A stretch of DNA of 63,629 nucleotides, counting the filler, from Squatina squatina (taxonomy: Eukaryota), in the NCBI GenBank assembly GCA_031763465.1. It is 3 parts of 3 records of this genome, joined end to end, with 100 filler letters (N's around TTAATTAATTAA, not from the genome) between each part and the next. Parts side by side here need not be neighbours in the genome. Positions count along the whole stretch, not along the records: positions 48,239 to 63,629 come from JARFOE010000091.1; 2 more parts are not named here. One strand, written 5' to 3'. Shown in pieces: positions 51,181 through 61,889 of the stretch. Position numbers and translations under genes: made by a program. The notes beneath the pieces were generated by a model, which did no database searches, was not told where the DNA came from, and worked only from the letters and a program-made list of their open reading frames with translations. Within the stretch, counting starts at the first letter, position 1, and the number at the start of each line of letters is the position of its first letter.

Positions 51181-52519
51181 AAAATCAAACTGCTTTATAA
51201 ATCTCTCTACTTTTTCAGTGACAACTTTTTAACTTCTATTTGACCATTTACGTCTGAGAATAAATACTCAATTGCCCCTTGCATTTCAGAGCTTTAGTTA
51301 TGCTGTGCTGTAATATTTTTTTTAATGCCATGCTTCAGACTTGCCTTCACTGTACCGCTTCACCATTGATATTTTTTTTATAAGAGAAAAACAAATTGTC
51401 AAGAATGATCCCTAAGCTACCCCGATGACCTGGTGGATAAAGGTACCTGTATTGCGAAAAAACCATAGAGGAAGGTCCCCTATTTGCCTTTCAGTCTGTG
51501 CTGAGTTTGCTGAGAGCTGTTTGATGTAAGCTGGGGCAGCAACTCACTGAATGGCGGAGCAGGCTCGAGGGGCCGAATGGCCTACTCCTGCTCCTATTTC
51601 TCATGTTCTTAAATGCTACAATTAGCATCAGGGGGAAGTAAAATCATCCATTCGGGAGAAGGTGGGGAGTGAGCGGAGAAAATTGATGTGGNNNNNNNNN
51701 NNNNNNNNNNNNNNNNNNNNNNNNNNNNNNNNNNNNNNNNNNNNNNNNNNNNNNNNNNNNNNNNNNNNNNNNNNNNNNNNNNNNNNNNNNNTTAATGCTG
51801 GCTCTAAATGGGCGCTACACCTCTAGTGCTGGAAACTCAGCATCCAGTACTAGATGCCAGCAATGACATCATCAGCAGGCGCAATGCCCAAAACGGCCGC
51901 CCGCTGACCAATTCGATGAGGCAGCTGAACCATAAAAATAGCAGAGTCAGTGCCCATTTTCTTGGGCGTTGACACCCTCAATCTTATGTTTCGTAGTGCT
52001 ATTTAAAGGCCTGGGAGTGGGCTCCATTTTGAGTTTGTATCTTGGCTCACTGATGTTGATACCACGGGTTTTCACACTTTGCCGGCTCACATAGAGACTC
52101 TGCAGACTTTGATTTGGCGTTTCGTCACAATGTTTGACACTCGAAAAATCAGAGCCACTTGCCCTGGATGCTGCACTAGCGATGGATTGGGAACACATGG
52201 GGTACCTCAGGTACAGAAGACATCTTAGAAACTAGCAAAGAGCTAGGAGGGCACAGGTAAATGAGGCTAGGGGTGAGGAGGCAGCAGCTCCTGTGGATCC
52301 GAATGCCCAACAAACACCTGACATGCCAGAGCCGCCTGCACCACTGGTGGCACCAGACCATGACAGCATCCTCCTAGAGCGCGGAGGCCAAGAGGATCTT
52401 GAAGGAGGTATGCCCACAGAGTCTACAGACGCCATTTCAGCTACCTCCACATGACTGATCAACAATGCCTTTGTAGACTGCGTTTCAAAAAAGAGATCAT
52501 GACTGAACTTTAAAAAAAA

Positions 52520-52702
52520 ATTCATTCCTGGGATGTGGGCGTCGTTGGCGAGGCCAGCATTTATTGCCCATCACTAGTTGTCCTTGAGAAGGTAGTGATG
52601 AGCCGCCTTCTTGAACCGCTGCAGGCCTTGTGGTGAAGGAACTCCCACAGTGCTGTTAGGGAGGGAGTTCCAGGATTTTGACCCAGTGACGACGAAGGAA
52701 CG
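52520..52702 (-). mobile_element. CR1-clade LINE 3' end (second family; another copy at ~54980-55170)
   Basis: GSKSWNSLPNSTVGVPSPQGLQRFKKAAHHYLLK* plus 3' UTR and poly-T on the element strand. Confidence 0.8.
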
Positions 52703-52869
52703 NNNNNNNNNNNNNNNNNNNNNNNNNNNNNNNNNNNNNNNNNNNNNNNNNNNNNNNNNNNNNNNNNNNNNNNNNNNNNNNNNNNNNNNNNNNNNNNNNN
52801 NNTAGGATTGAAGACAAAACACCACTGTGTAATGATTCTATTGTTGTAGAAAAATACAGAAGAGAATTT

Positions 52870-53040
52870 GAGGTAGATTATCGCATGGGTGGTAATATGG
52901 CAGAGCGGATTGCCCGATCTTTATAGAACCCGCTCAATTTTCACTCCATTCAAATCAATGGAATCACATGTGTACTATAAAAGGCAGGCAACCCGCTCTG
53001 CCAAATTACCACAGGCAGTGAAAGTGAAAATTTATCCCCT
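52870..53040. mobile_element. Short palindromic MITE-like element
   Basis: 24-bp inverted repeats at 52891-52914 and 52987-53010 (2 mismatches) around a central tccattcaaatcaatgga near-palindrome. Confidence 0.7.
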
Positions 53041-53139
53041 TATTTCTTTGGAAGCTTCTTAATTCTGAGTAAAGAGTTTTTCTTCAGGGAACTACAGATT
53101 ACAGTAAATATATATTACATATAACACATCACTGTTGGA

Positions 53140-53840
53140 GAACAGCAACAAGTGTGCATTTATATATTGTCTTTAATGTAGAAATTGCATTGGGGGTGGG
53201 GGTGGAGAAAGAGAAATAATAGATAAAATTACTAGATGCCAAATAATGGGGCATAGAATAGGCAGGAGTGACCAAAGCTTGGTCAAAAGCATGGGTTTTG
53301 AGAAGGTTTTCAAAAGGTGGAGAGGCAGAGGGGTTTAGGGAGGAGTTCCAGCATTACCAAAGGTGGGACAGAGGGAGTACAAGATGCACCAAAGGCCTGA
53401 ATCAGAAGACTAAAGATTGTAGGAGAAATGTAAAGCTGGAGGACATTGCAGGGGTAGAATGGTAGGTTATGGAATTTTTGAAGGATGAGAATTTTATCTT
53501 GAATGAATTGGAGGACAGGAAGCCAGTGTAGGGCTGGGAGAATGAGGATGGTTGGAGGAGGGGGAAAGGATGATAAGCATGACAGGATACATGCGGCAGA
53601 GTTTCAGACAAGTTGAGGTTTATGGAAGGTAGGAGTTGGGAGGCCTTTGGAGAAATCAAATTTAGAGAGGCCAAAAGTGTAAGTAAGGGTTCCAGTAGCA
53701 GTGGAGCTAAGGTAGAGGAGAGATGAGCAATGTTGCAGAAATAAAAATGTGCAGTCTTGATGATGGAAACAATGTGGGTTTAAAGCTAGAGCAGAATGCC
53801 ATGGTTTTGCACAGACTGGTTCAGCCCGAGTGAATGGACT
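53140..53840 (-). mobile_element. Old L2 LINE 3' fragment
   Basis: gtgaccaaagcttggtcaaaag...gagaggcagaggggtttagggagg resembles the reverse L2 copy at 47480-47682. Confidence 0.6.
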
Positions 53841-54353
53841 TGCAAGCCATGTAATCAAGAGCAATGCTATTTTAATTGGTACATGACCAAGCTCAGTGTA
53901 CTTTAGCATAAGGTCCGTAAAGAACAAGCCAGTTCTCAACATGTGCGTTCTGGTGTGAGATAAATAGCCCAATGATGCTTCTTAAATCCAACAGTTAACT
54001 TGCCACAAAATTCAGAAGTTGAGAACATCTGAAAGTTGAAATTGTATGTCCTTCTGGGGCCATAACTCTGAAGGGAGTGAGCTGGAAACGTCATAAATTA
54101 GACCGGGACCAGGATATATTGAGTCCTGAACTAAGACTGGAGTTTTCCCAGGCCTTGTAAGGGGTGAAGTCTCTGCTTGCCTCTTACAAGGTCAGTTCTG
54201 TTAAAAATGAGTAAAGGAGCTTTCAGCCAAGAGCTCCTGTGTCCCAAACTTGGGAAATATTGGTTAGGGGGATTGACGGAACCTGCGCTGCTGACCCACC
54301 GCCCCCAATCCCGTATACTCTGGCAGGGTCAGCAGCGCAGGTTCCAAAGTGGG

Positions 54354-54542
54354 TGCACTTACACTGCAAAGCACCGCTGTATAGATTTTTAATCTCCTTA
54401 TCTTTCAAGGACAGTAACTGTAAAAAGGTACAGATTACAGTGGTACTGCACTTACACTGCAAAGCACCCCTGTATAGATTTTTAATCTCCTTATCTTTCA
54501 AGGACAGTAACTGTAAAAAGGTACAGATTACAGTGGTACTGC
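54354..54542. repeat. Direct tandem duplication, 2 x 93 bp
   Basis: tgcacttacactgcaaagcacc...gattacagtggtac starts at 54354 and again at 54447, with one visible mismatch. Confidence 0.95.
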
Positions 54543-56153
54543 TTTTCTTTTCTGAACAACAGTATAATAAAGCTGTAAAAACAGCACAGCAATGATACGT
54601 ATTGGAAAATTCGTCACAGCAATTCACATCATTGAGGTACTCAAGGTTACAAATACAACTTAATGGTTAAATTTGATCATGCAGTTGTTAAATATACAGC
54701 TTTCAAATGCCTTTTAAATATTACAATCCTCATTTTTGGACATTAGAAATTCCAGTTACTGAGAAATAAAATGGCAGATGAAAATTTTCAAATGAATTCT
54801 ACATGGTTCAATTGGCTCATTTTCTTCTTTCTTTTATTGACTGGTTCTCCTGATTAGAGTTCAGGATTGTTCAATTTCATCAGTTCCTAGCAGTTTCTTA
54901 GAAGTTTTCTAGCTGCCTTCCTTGCTCTTGATTTGCACATTCGCTACCTCTTCAGTTCTGATTTGCTGCTGCTCTTTTTATTCATTCCTGGGATGTGGGC
55001 ATCGCTGGGAAGGCCAACATTTATTGCCCATCCCCAGTTGTCCTTGAGAAGGTGGTGATGAGCCACCTTCTTGAAATGCTGCAGTTCCTGTGGTGAAGGT
55101 GCTCCCACAGTGCTGTTAGGAAGGGAGTTACTTACCACTTATCAACCCAAGCCTGAATGTTATCCAGGTGTNNNNNNNNNNNNNNNNNNNNNNNNNNNNN
55201 NNNNNNNNNNNNNNNNNNNNNNNNNNNNNNNNNNNNNNNNNNNNNNNNNNNNNNNNNNNNNNNNNNNNNNNAATACAACTGAGTGTCTCGCTCACCTATT
55301 TCAGAGGGCAGTTAAGAGTCAACCACATTGCTGTGGGTCTGGAGTCACATACAGGCCAGACTGGGTAGAGACAGCAGATTTCCTTCCCTACAGGGGCATG
55401 AGTGTACCACATGGGTTTTTCCCCCAACAATCCAATAGTTTCATGGTCACCATTACTAACACTAGCTTTTTATTCCCAATTTATTTAATTCACTGAGTTT
55501 GTTTAAATTCACCAGCTGTTGTAATGGGATTTGAACTCACATCTCTGGATCATTAACCCAGGACTCTGGATTACTACTCCAGTAACATAACCACTAGGCT
55601 ACTGTACCCCTAGCAGCAGCTGAAAAGGATGGCTCCATACTATTTTAAAATTTTATTTTCTAGTCTACATCTTTAACTTACCTTTTATCCTCCCTGTGTC
55701 TACTCTACATTTAGAGATAAAAGCAAATGTGGAAATAAATTGTCAGTTGATTGGCTAAGAGCCAGTGGCAAAGTTGAGTTTTCAGCCAATCAAGTGTCAA
55801 AGGACCAATGACTGACAGGATCGCACCTGCCAATCTTTGATACATTTTTCCGAGGGGTAGGAGGGAGGGGCTGCTGATGGATGATGGAGCTAATCGACAG
55901 TGCACCAAGGCAACGCAGTCACTCTGTTAGGGGAGAATCTAGCTCCCAACTCCAGAAACTAGGAATTCCTCCAGCCGCAAGGTGTGGCAACATCGTAAAT
56001 ATGTTTGTGAAGATTTCCTCTGTTCTCTATTTCTAGCACAAACACACTGGGGTNNNNNNNNNNNNNNNNNNNNNNNNNNNNNNNNNNNNNNNNNNNNNNN
56101 NNNNNNNNNNNNNNNNNNNNNNNNNNNNNNNNNNNNNNNNNNNNNNNNNNNNN

Positions 56154-56395
56154 CTTACCCTTTATTCTTCCCTCTCCCGTGCCCCCGCCCCCATCCACCC
56201 TTTCCCTTCCCCTGCTGGTGCTTCAAAACTTCGTGTATTTCTGGCTTTATTCAGTTCTGACAAAGGGTCATCGACCCAAAACGTTAACTCTGTTGTTCTC
56301 TCAACAGATGCTGCCTGACCTGCTGAGTTTTTCCAGCATTCTTTGTTTATATTCTAGATTTCAGCATCCGCAGTATTTTGCTTTTATATTTAATT
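56154..56395 (+). mobile_element. Penelope-like element terminal repeat with decayed minimal hammerhead ribozyme
   Basis: agttCTGACAAagggtcatcgacccAAAAcgttaact...cagatgctgcctgacctgctgagtttttccagcatt. Further fragments lie at 1370-1465, 9461-9543, ~20260-20420 and 58640-58690. Confidence 0.7.
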
Positions 56396-56414
56396 TCAGT
56401 TTCGGTTCTGCCAA

Positions 56415-56721
56415 GACCACTTGGCACCAGACCTCATTACAGCCTTGGTCCAAACATGGATTAAAGAGCTCAATTATAGAGGTGAAGTGAGAGTGACTGC
56501 CCTTGACATCAAGGCAGCATTTAGCAAAGTTGGAGTGAATGGGAATCAAGAGGAAAACTCTCCACTGGCTGCAGTCAAAGGAAAATGGTTGTGGTTGTTG
56601 GAGTCAATCATCTCAGCCCCAGGACATCACTGCAGTAGTTTCTCAGGGCAGTGTCCTAGGCCCAACCATTTTCAACTGCTTCATCAATGACCTTCCCTCC
56701 ATCATCAGGTCAGAAGTGGGG
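56415..56721 (+). mobile_element. CR1-clade LINE RT fragment
   Basis: APDLITALVQTWIKELN...ALDIKAAF / VSQGSVLGPTIFNCFINDLPSIIRSEVG, containing RT motifs. Confidence 0.88.
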
Positions 56722-57610
56722 NNNNNNNNNNNNNNNNNNNNNNNNNNNNNNNNNNNNNNNNNNNNNNNNNNNNNNNNNNNNNNNNNNNNNNNNNNNNNNN
56801 NNNNNNNNNNNNNNNNNNNNNAAAGATAAAAGAAACAGAAAAAGTAAAACAAAATTTAATTTTTATTTTTAAAAAAATCTCCAACACTAATTAAATTCTG
56901 AAGGCATGAGAGTCCACACTTGTAAAATCAAATTTTCAGTGCCAGAGAGGTTGTTTGGCAGTAATTACGACTGATCAGGTCATTATAAATTTACTTACAC
57001 CTGAATGCACCAGCTCTAACTTTTTCTGCTGTGTTTAGTGGACAACTAGTGTATAAGTACTGCAAAGTCACAACCTTACATTGGTTTCAATGCCGAGTCT
57101 ATCGGCGAGGTACTGTTACAGCACAGCCTGTGGAGGAGCAGGGTAATTCGGACCGCAACTTCCAGATTTCCGCATTTAATTGTGCATGTGCATACTCCGG
57201 AAATTACTATCCAATTTACTCCTTAATAACAGTGAGCACTGTTATCCTCACCGTTATTTTCACCACAAACATTGGGCCAATATTAAAAGGAAGGGGAAGT
57301 TTATTCTGAGGGGACACAATGGAAAATACAAAATGAGTTGGAGAAAATATGTAAGTGATGAAACAATGGAAAATTAAATTTAATATGGACAACTGGAAAA
57401 TACTGGAAACAAAGAAAAATGGCAGCATGGGTACTCCGTTAATGGTCTTGAACTATCTAAGGGTGAAGTTGAAAAAGATTTAAGATTTGACACCACTGCA
57501 CAGCATCAATNNNNNNNNNNNNNNNNNNNNNNNNNNNNNNNNNNNNNNNNNNNNNNNNNNNNNNNNNNNNNNNNNNNNNNNNNNNNNNNNNNNNNNNNNN
57601 NNNNNNNNNN

Positions 57611-57687
57611 ACTGTCCCATCAAACACTCCCAGGGCAGGTACAGCACGGGGTTAGATACAGAGTAAATCTCCCTCTACACTGTCCCA
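57611..57687. repeat. Edge of a ~68-bp tandem repeat (ACTGTCCCATCAAACACTCCCAGGGCAGGTACAGCACGGGGTTAGATACAGAGTAAATCTCCCTCTAC)
   Basis: actgtccca occurs at 57611 and again at 57679, abutting a gap that may hide more units. I recognise the unit as a common shark repeat. Confidence 0.65.
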
Positions 57688-58734
57688 ATAATTGCCTCAG
57701 CTCTAACTTCAAAAGAGCACCACCTACTGTACCAGTGTGATGTTTCTTAATTTCTCATACCAGCCTCCCCGTGGCCTCTCTGACTGAGATTACCGCTTTA
57801 GTGCCAATTAGTGCTGAATGAGGGACTATTTTGTGCTGATGAGAAACTGGGTTGAGGCTGCCTCAAACCTTTACCATAAGTAGGTCAAGGCAGCAGTTCT
57901 TGATGTCATAGCATGTTGAGTTAATAATTTAGTGGAGAGCTATGGGACTTGCTGATATTTATGATGAGTAAAATCTTTTATTTTTGCTAGCCTGAGGCTC
58001 AGGGTGCAAGCTTAGGGCCTTTATATTTTTACAAGGAGATGCTGGAGAGCCTACAGAAATGGAGTTCTTTGATGCTAAATTGCTCAAAATTCACTTTGAA
58101 AAGTTCATTTACTGTCTGTCGACATTGTAGACTTCTGAAAATACTTGCCGGGACTCTAGAGAATTTGGGTCAAGAGCTTCAAACTCTTGCGCATATTTGG
58201 CGAGCAGATGCTCTGACCTTGTTCTGACCCAGACATTCTGATACAAGACAGCAAGATCGGGGGTGGTCTCTTAAGTTCTTACTGACCTTAAAACTTGACT
58301 GTTGCCAAATTAAAGGAGTATGACACTGAACCTCCATTTAAATTCCATGAACGGACACTTGCAAATAACCTTTATTTACCAGTAGGCAGTGTAATTCACG
58401 TATGGTGCCACAACTGTTATCACCAAGTATTCTGTTGCTACACTGTGATACAAAATTACATTGAATTTACAGCACAAAACAGGCCATTCGGCCCATCTGC
58501 TCCGTACTGGTGTTTCTGCTCCACACGAGCCTCCTCCCANNNNNNNNNNNNNNNNNNNNNNNNNNNNNNNNNNNNNNNNNNNNNNNNNNNNNNNNNNNNN
58601 NNNNNNNNNNNNNNNNNNNNNNNNNNNNNNNNNNNNNNNCACAGATGCTGCCTGACCTGCTGAGTTTTTCCAGCAATTTTTGTTTGTAATCCAAAATGAC
58701 CCTGGATCGCAACTCAGTATCCATATTAGGATCT

Positions 58735-59135
58735 AAGAAAGAACTTGCATTTACACATCTTCCAGGACATCTCAAAGTGTTTCATATCCAATTAATTACT
58801 TTTCTAAATGTAGTCCCTGTTACATAGATTAACAGGATAGCAAGCAACTTAAATTAATGACCAGTTAATCAGTTCTTGGTGGTGCTGGCTAAAGGAGCAA
58901 TGTTGGCCAGGACAAAGACTCCCTTCTCATCTTCGAATAGTGCCATGATATCGTCAACATCCACCTGAACAAGCTGATGTTTAACATCGCATCTGTAAAA
59001 CAGCATTTGCGACAATGCAGCTGTAGTACAGCACTGAATTGTCAGCCTTTAAAATTGTGTGTTCAAGTGTAGGTGTGAGGTTTGAACCTAAAACCTTCGC
59101 ACTCAGAGGCAAGAGTACTACCAGCTGAGCTAACC
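58735..59135 (-). mobile_element. Diverged Deu-domain SINE
   Basis: Reverse-complement similarity to 8657-9080 from the head (ttagctcagctggtagtactc) to the tail. Confidence 0.65.
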
Positions 59136-60657
59136 TGAAACGTAATTTTGAGTTAGGCCGCAGATCAGCCATGATCTCATTGAATGGCGGAACAGGCTCG
59201 AGGGCTAAATGGCCTCCTCCTGACCCTATATTCCTATGTAATAGACAGCGCCAGTGGATCATAACAAGGAGAGATAAGAAAATGTTTGCTAAATGTATTA
59301 AATATACAGTTTACCTCCGTTTGAAATAGTGGCTCTTAATTACTGGAGATTGACAGGCAGACATAATTTCTCTGTCCATGAATAATTAATCTGAATAATT
59401 ACTTAATATATCATAATGTACATGCCTTGTGAAGAACTGAATAGCTAACCCATATTTTTGTTGAAGATCTACATAATGTAAGCAAAATGGTGTTTTATTG
59501 ATGTCTCCACCCATACCTTTTCTCCCTTTGCGGCTGAAACCTTAATCTATGTCTTTACCATCTCGAGGCTTTTCAAATGGCCAGCCACCACCTTCTACAA
59601 TTTATAACTTATTCAGAATGCCATGGCCATACCCTCATCCTTGTAAAGTCCCATACTCCCATCATCTTGTTCTTGCCAAGCACGATGCTCCAATGAATTG
59701 ATTTTAAGATATCCTCATTTTGGATTCTCTCCATGGCCTTGCCCCACCCTAACTCAATGATGTTCTTCACCCATACATCTCCACAAGCGCTTTTCCACCA
59801 TCTCACTCCACCCTTTCCAACCCCTCCATCTTGCTTTCTCTCTCTTTTTCATANNNNNNNNNNNNNNNNNNNNNNNNNNNNNNNNNNNNNNNNNNNNNNN
59901 NNNNNNNNNNNNNNNNNNNNNNNNNNNNNNNNNNNNNNNNNNNNNNNNNNNNNCAAACCGCGACCCTCCTCTGATTCGCTGGTGAGCCACCTCTGGAATT
60001 GGAGGGCGTCTCACCGACGAGGCCCCAGGTGTTGTCAACGACAGGGTTTACCTGTCATTGCCAAGGCAGGTTAAAGGCGTGGGGACTCTGCCACCGGCCG
60101 CCATGTTTTTGCATTGGCCAACTTCATTGTCGGCTAATGTCTGGCGGCCGTTCGGCTGCAACCACCGATGGCCCCATTTGTGTGCTGGCATTTTTCGCCA
60201 CCTGGACCTGGCTCCCTGGCGGTCTAGAGGCGTTGGGCTGGCCTCCGTTGAGTCAGCCTGTGGCCCTCCCCTTTAAGGCAGGGGTGGGGTCGAAGCTGAT
60301 CCAAGTGGCGATGCAACCCGGCAGTGTTGCTGCATTGGCCGGGTCGGCCCGTGGCAAAGCTTGTGACCAATTCCGGGTCAGTGATCCTCACTGCCAGTGA
60401 CGAGGGTGCCCTGAATGCGCTGCTCAATTGGCCCCCATTGATCTTAGTATTTTCCAAGTCTTAATCGAAAGTCTGACTGGACAAACTTGCATTTATGCAG
60501 CAACTCTTCATGTCCCAAAGTGTTATACATCCAATGGGTTACTTTTTAAGTACAATCACTCTTCAGCAGCAAACATAGCAACCAGTTTGTGTCGAGCAAG
60601 ATCCCAGTAGCAAGACATGAGAAATATTTCTGATGCTCTTGATTGAGGGCACTGGGA

Positions 60658-60850
60658 GAAACATAGAAACATAGAAGATAGGAGCAGGAGTAGGCCATTC
60701 GGCCCTTTGAGCCTGCTGCGCCATTCAATGAGATCATGGCTGATCTTCCAAATTCAGTACACTGTCCCTGCTTGAGAAATGGTGCAAGGAGGAGGGATTC
60801 AAATTCCTGGGACATTGGAACCGGTTCTGGGAGAGGCGGGGCCAGTACAA
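60658..60850. mobile_element. CR1 3' end (minus strand) abutting a CR1 ORF1 esterase-like fragment (plus strand)
   Basis: (gaaacata)n-aggagcaggagtaggccattcggccc tail, then LEKWCKEEGFKFLGHWNRFWERRGQY on the plus strand, typical of the CR1 ORF1 SGNH esterase domain. Confidence 0.75.
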
Positions 60851-61368
60851 NNNNNNNNNNNNNNNNNNNNNNNNNNNNNNNNNNNNNNNNNNNNNNNNNN
60901 NNNNNNNNNNNNNNNNNNNNNNNNNNNNNNNNNNNNNNNNNNNNNNNNNNNNNNNNNNNNNNNNNNNNNNNNNNNNNNNNNNNNNNNNNNNNNNNNNNNN
61001 NNNNNNNNNNNNNNNNNNNNNNNNNNNNNNNNNNNNNNNNNNNNNNNNNNNNNNNNNNNNNNNNNNNNNNNNNNNNNNNNNNNNNNNNNNNNNNNNNNNN
61101 NNNNNNNNNNNNNNNNNNNNNNNNNNNNNNNNNNNNNNNNNNNNNNNNNNNNNNNNNNNNNNNNNNNNNNNNNNNNNNNNNNNNNNNNNNNNNNNNNNNN
61201 NNNNNNNNNNNNNNNNNNNNNNNNNNNNNNNNNNNNNNNNNNNNNNNNNNNNNNNNNNNNNNNNNNNNNNNNNNNNNNNNNNNNNNNNNNNNNNNNNNNN
61301 NNNNNNNNNNNNNNNNNNNNNNNNNNNNNNNNNNNNNNNNNNNNNNNNNNNNNNNNNNNNNNNNNNNN

Positions 61369-61889
61369 GTGTCGAGCTTCTTGAGTGTTGTTGGAGCTGC
61401 ACTAATCAGGCAAGTAGAGAATATTCCATCACACTCCTGACTTGTGCCTATAGATGGCAGAAAGGCTTTGTGGAGTCAAGAGCAATGTTCCCATTAAGCT
61501 GCACAGCTGCGCAGCGCTCCAGGGATCCTGTGCAGCCAGCTTGCCGACTTTTCATTGTAAAAACCGTGCATGCATGGTATTTCAAATGTCTTGTGCAGCC
61601 CCTGCATGTTGCCAAAAGAAATTAGAGGAACATTGGTCAGTAGGTGAGTTGCTTGCCGCAGAATACCCAGCCTCTGACATGCTCTTGCAGCCGTATTGTT
61701 TATGTGGCTGGTCCAGTAAAGTTTCTGATCAATGGTGACCAAAGGATGTTGATGATGGGGATGTGGTGATGGTAATGCTGTTGAATGTCAAGGGGAGGTG
61801 ACTAGGTTCTCTCTTGTTGGTGATGATCATTGCCTGGCACTTGTGAGGCGTGAATGTTACTTGCCACTTATCAGCCCAAGTCTGAATGT
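61369..61889 (-). mobile_element. CR1-clade LINE ORF2 fragment carrying a nested MITE
   Basis: IQTWADKWQVTFTPHKCQAMIITNKRE / GVTIDQKLYWTSHINN...QRLGILR. Confidence 0.85.
61483..61635. mobile_element. 153-bp hAT-type MITE with terminal inverted repeats and an 8-bp target-site duplication
   Basis: Ends CAATGTTCCCATTAA ... TTAGAGGAACATTG. Flanks are gtcaagag (61475-61482) and gtcagtag (61636-61643). Confidence 0.75.
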
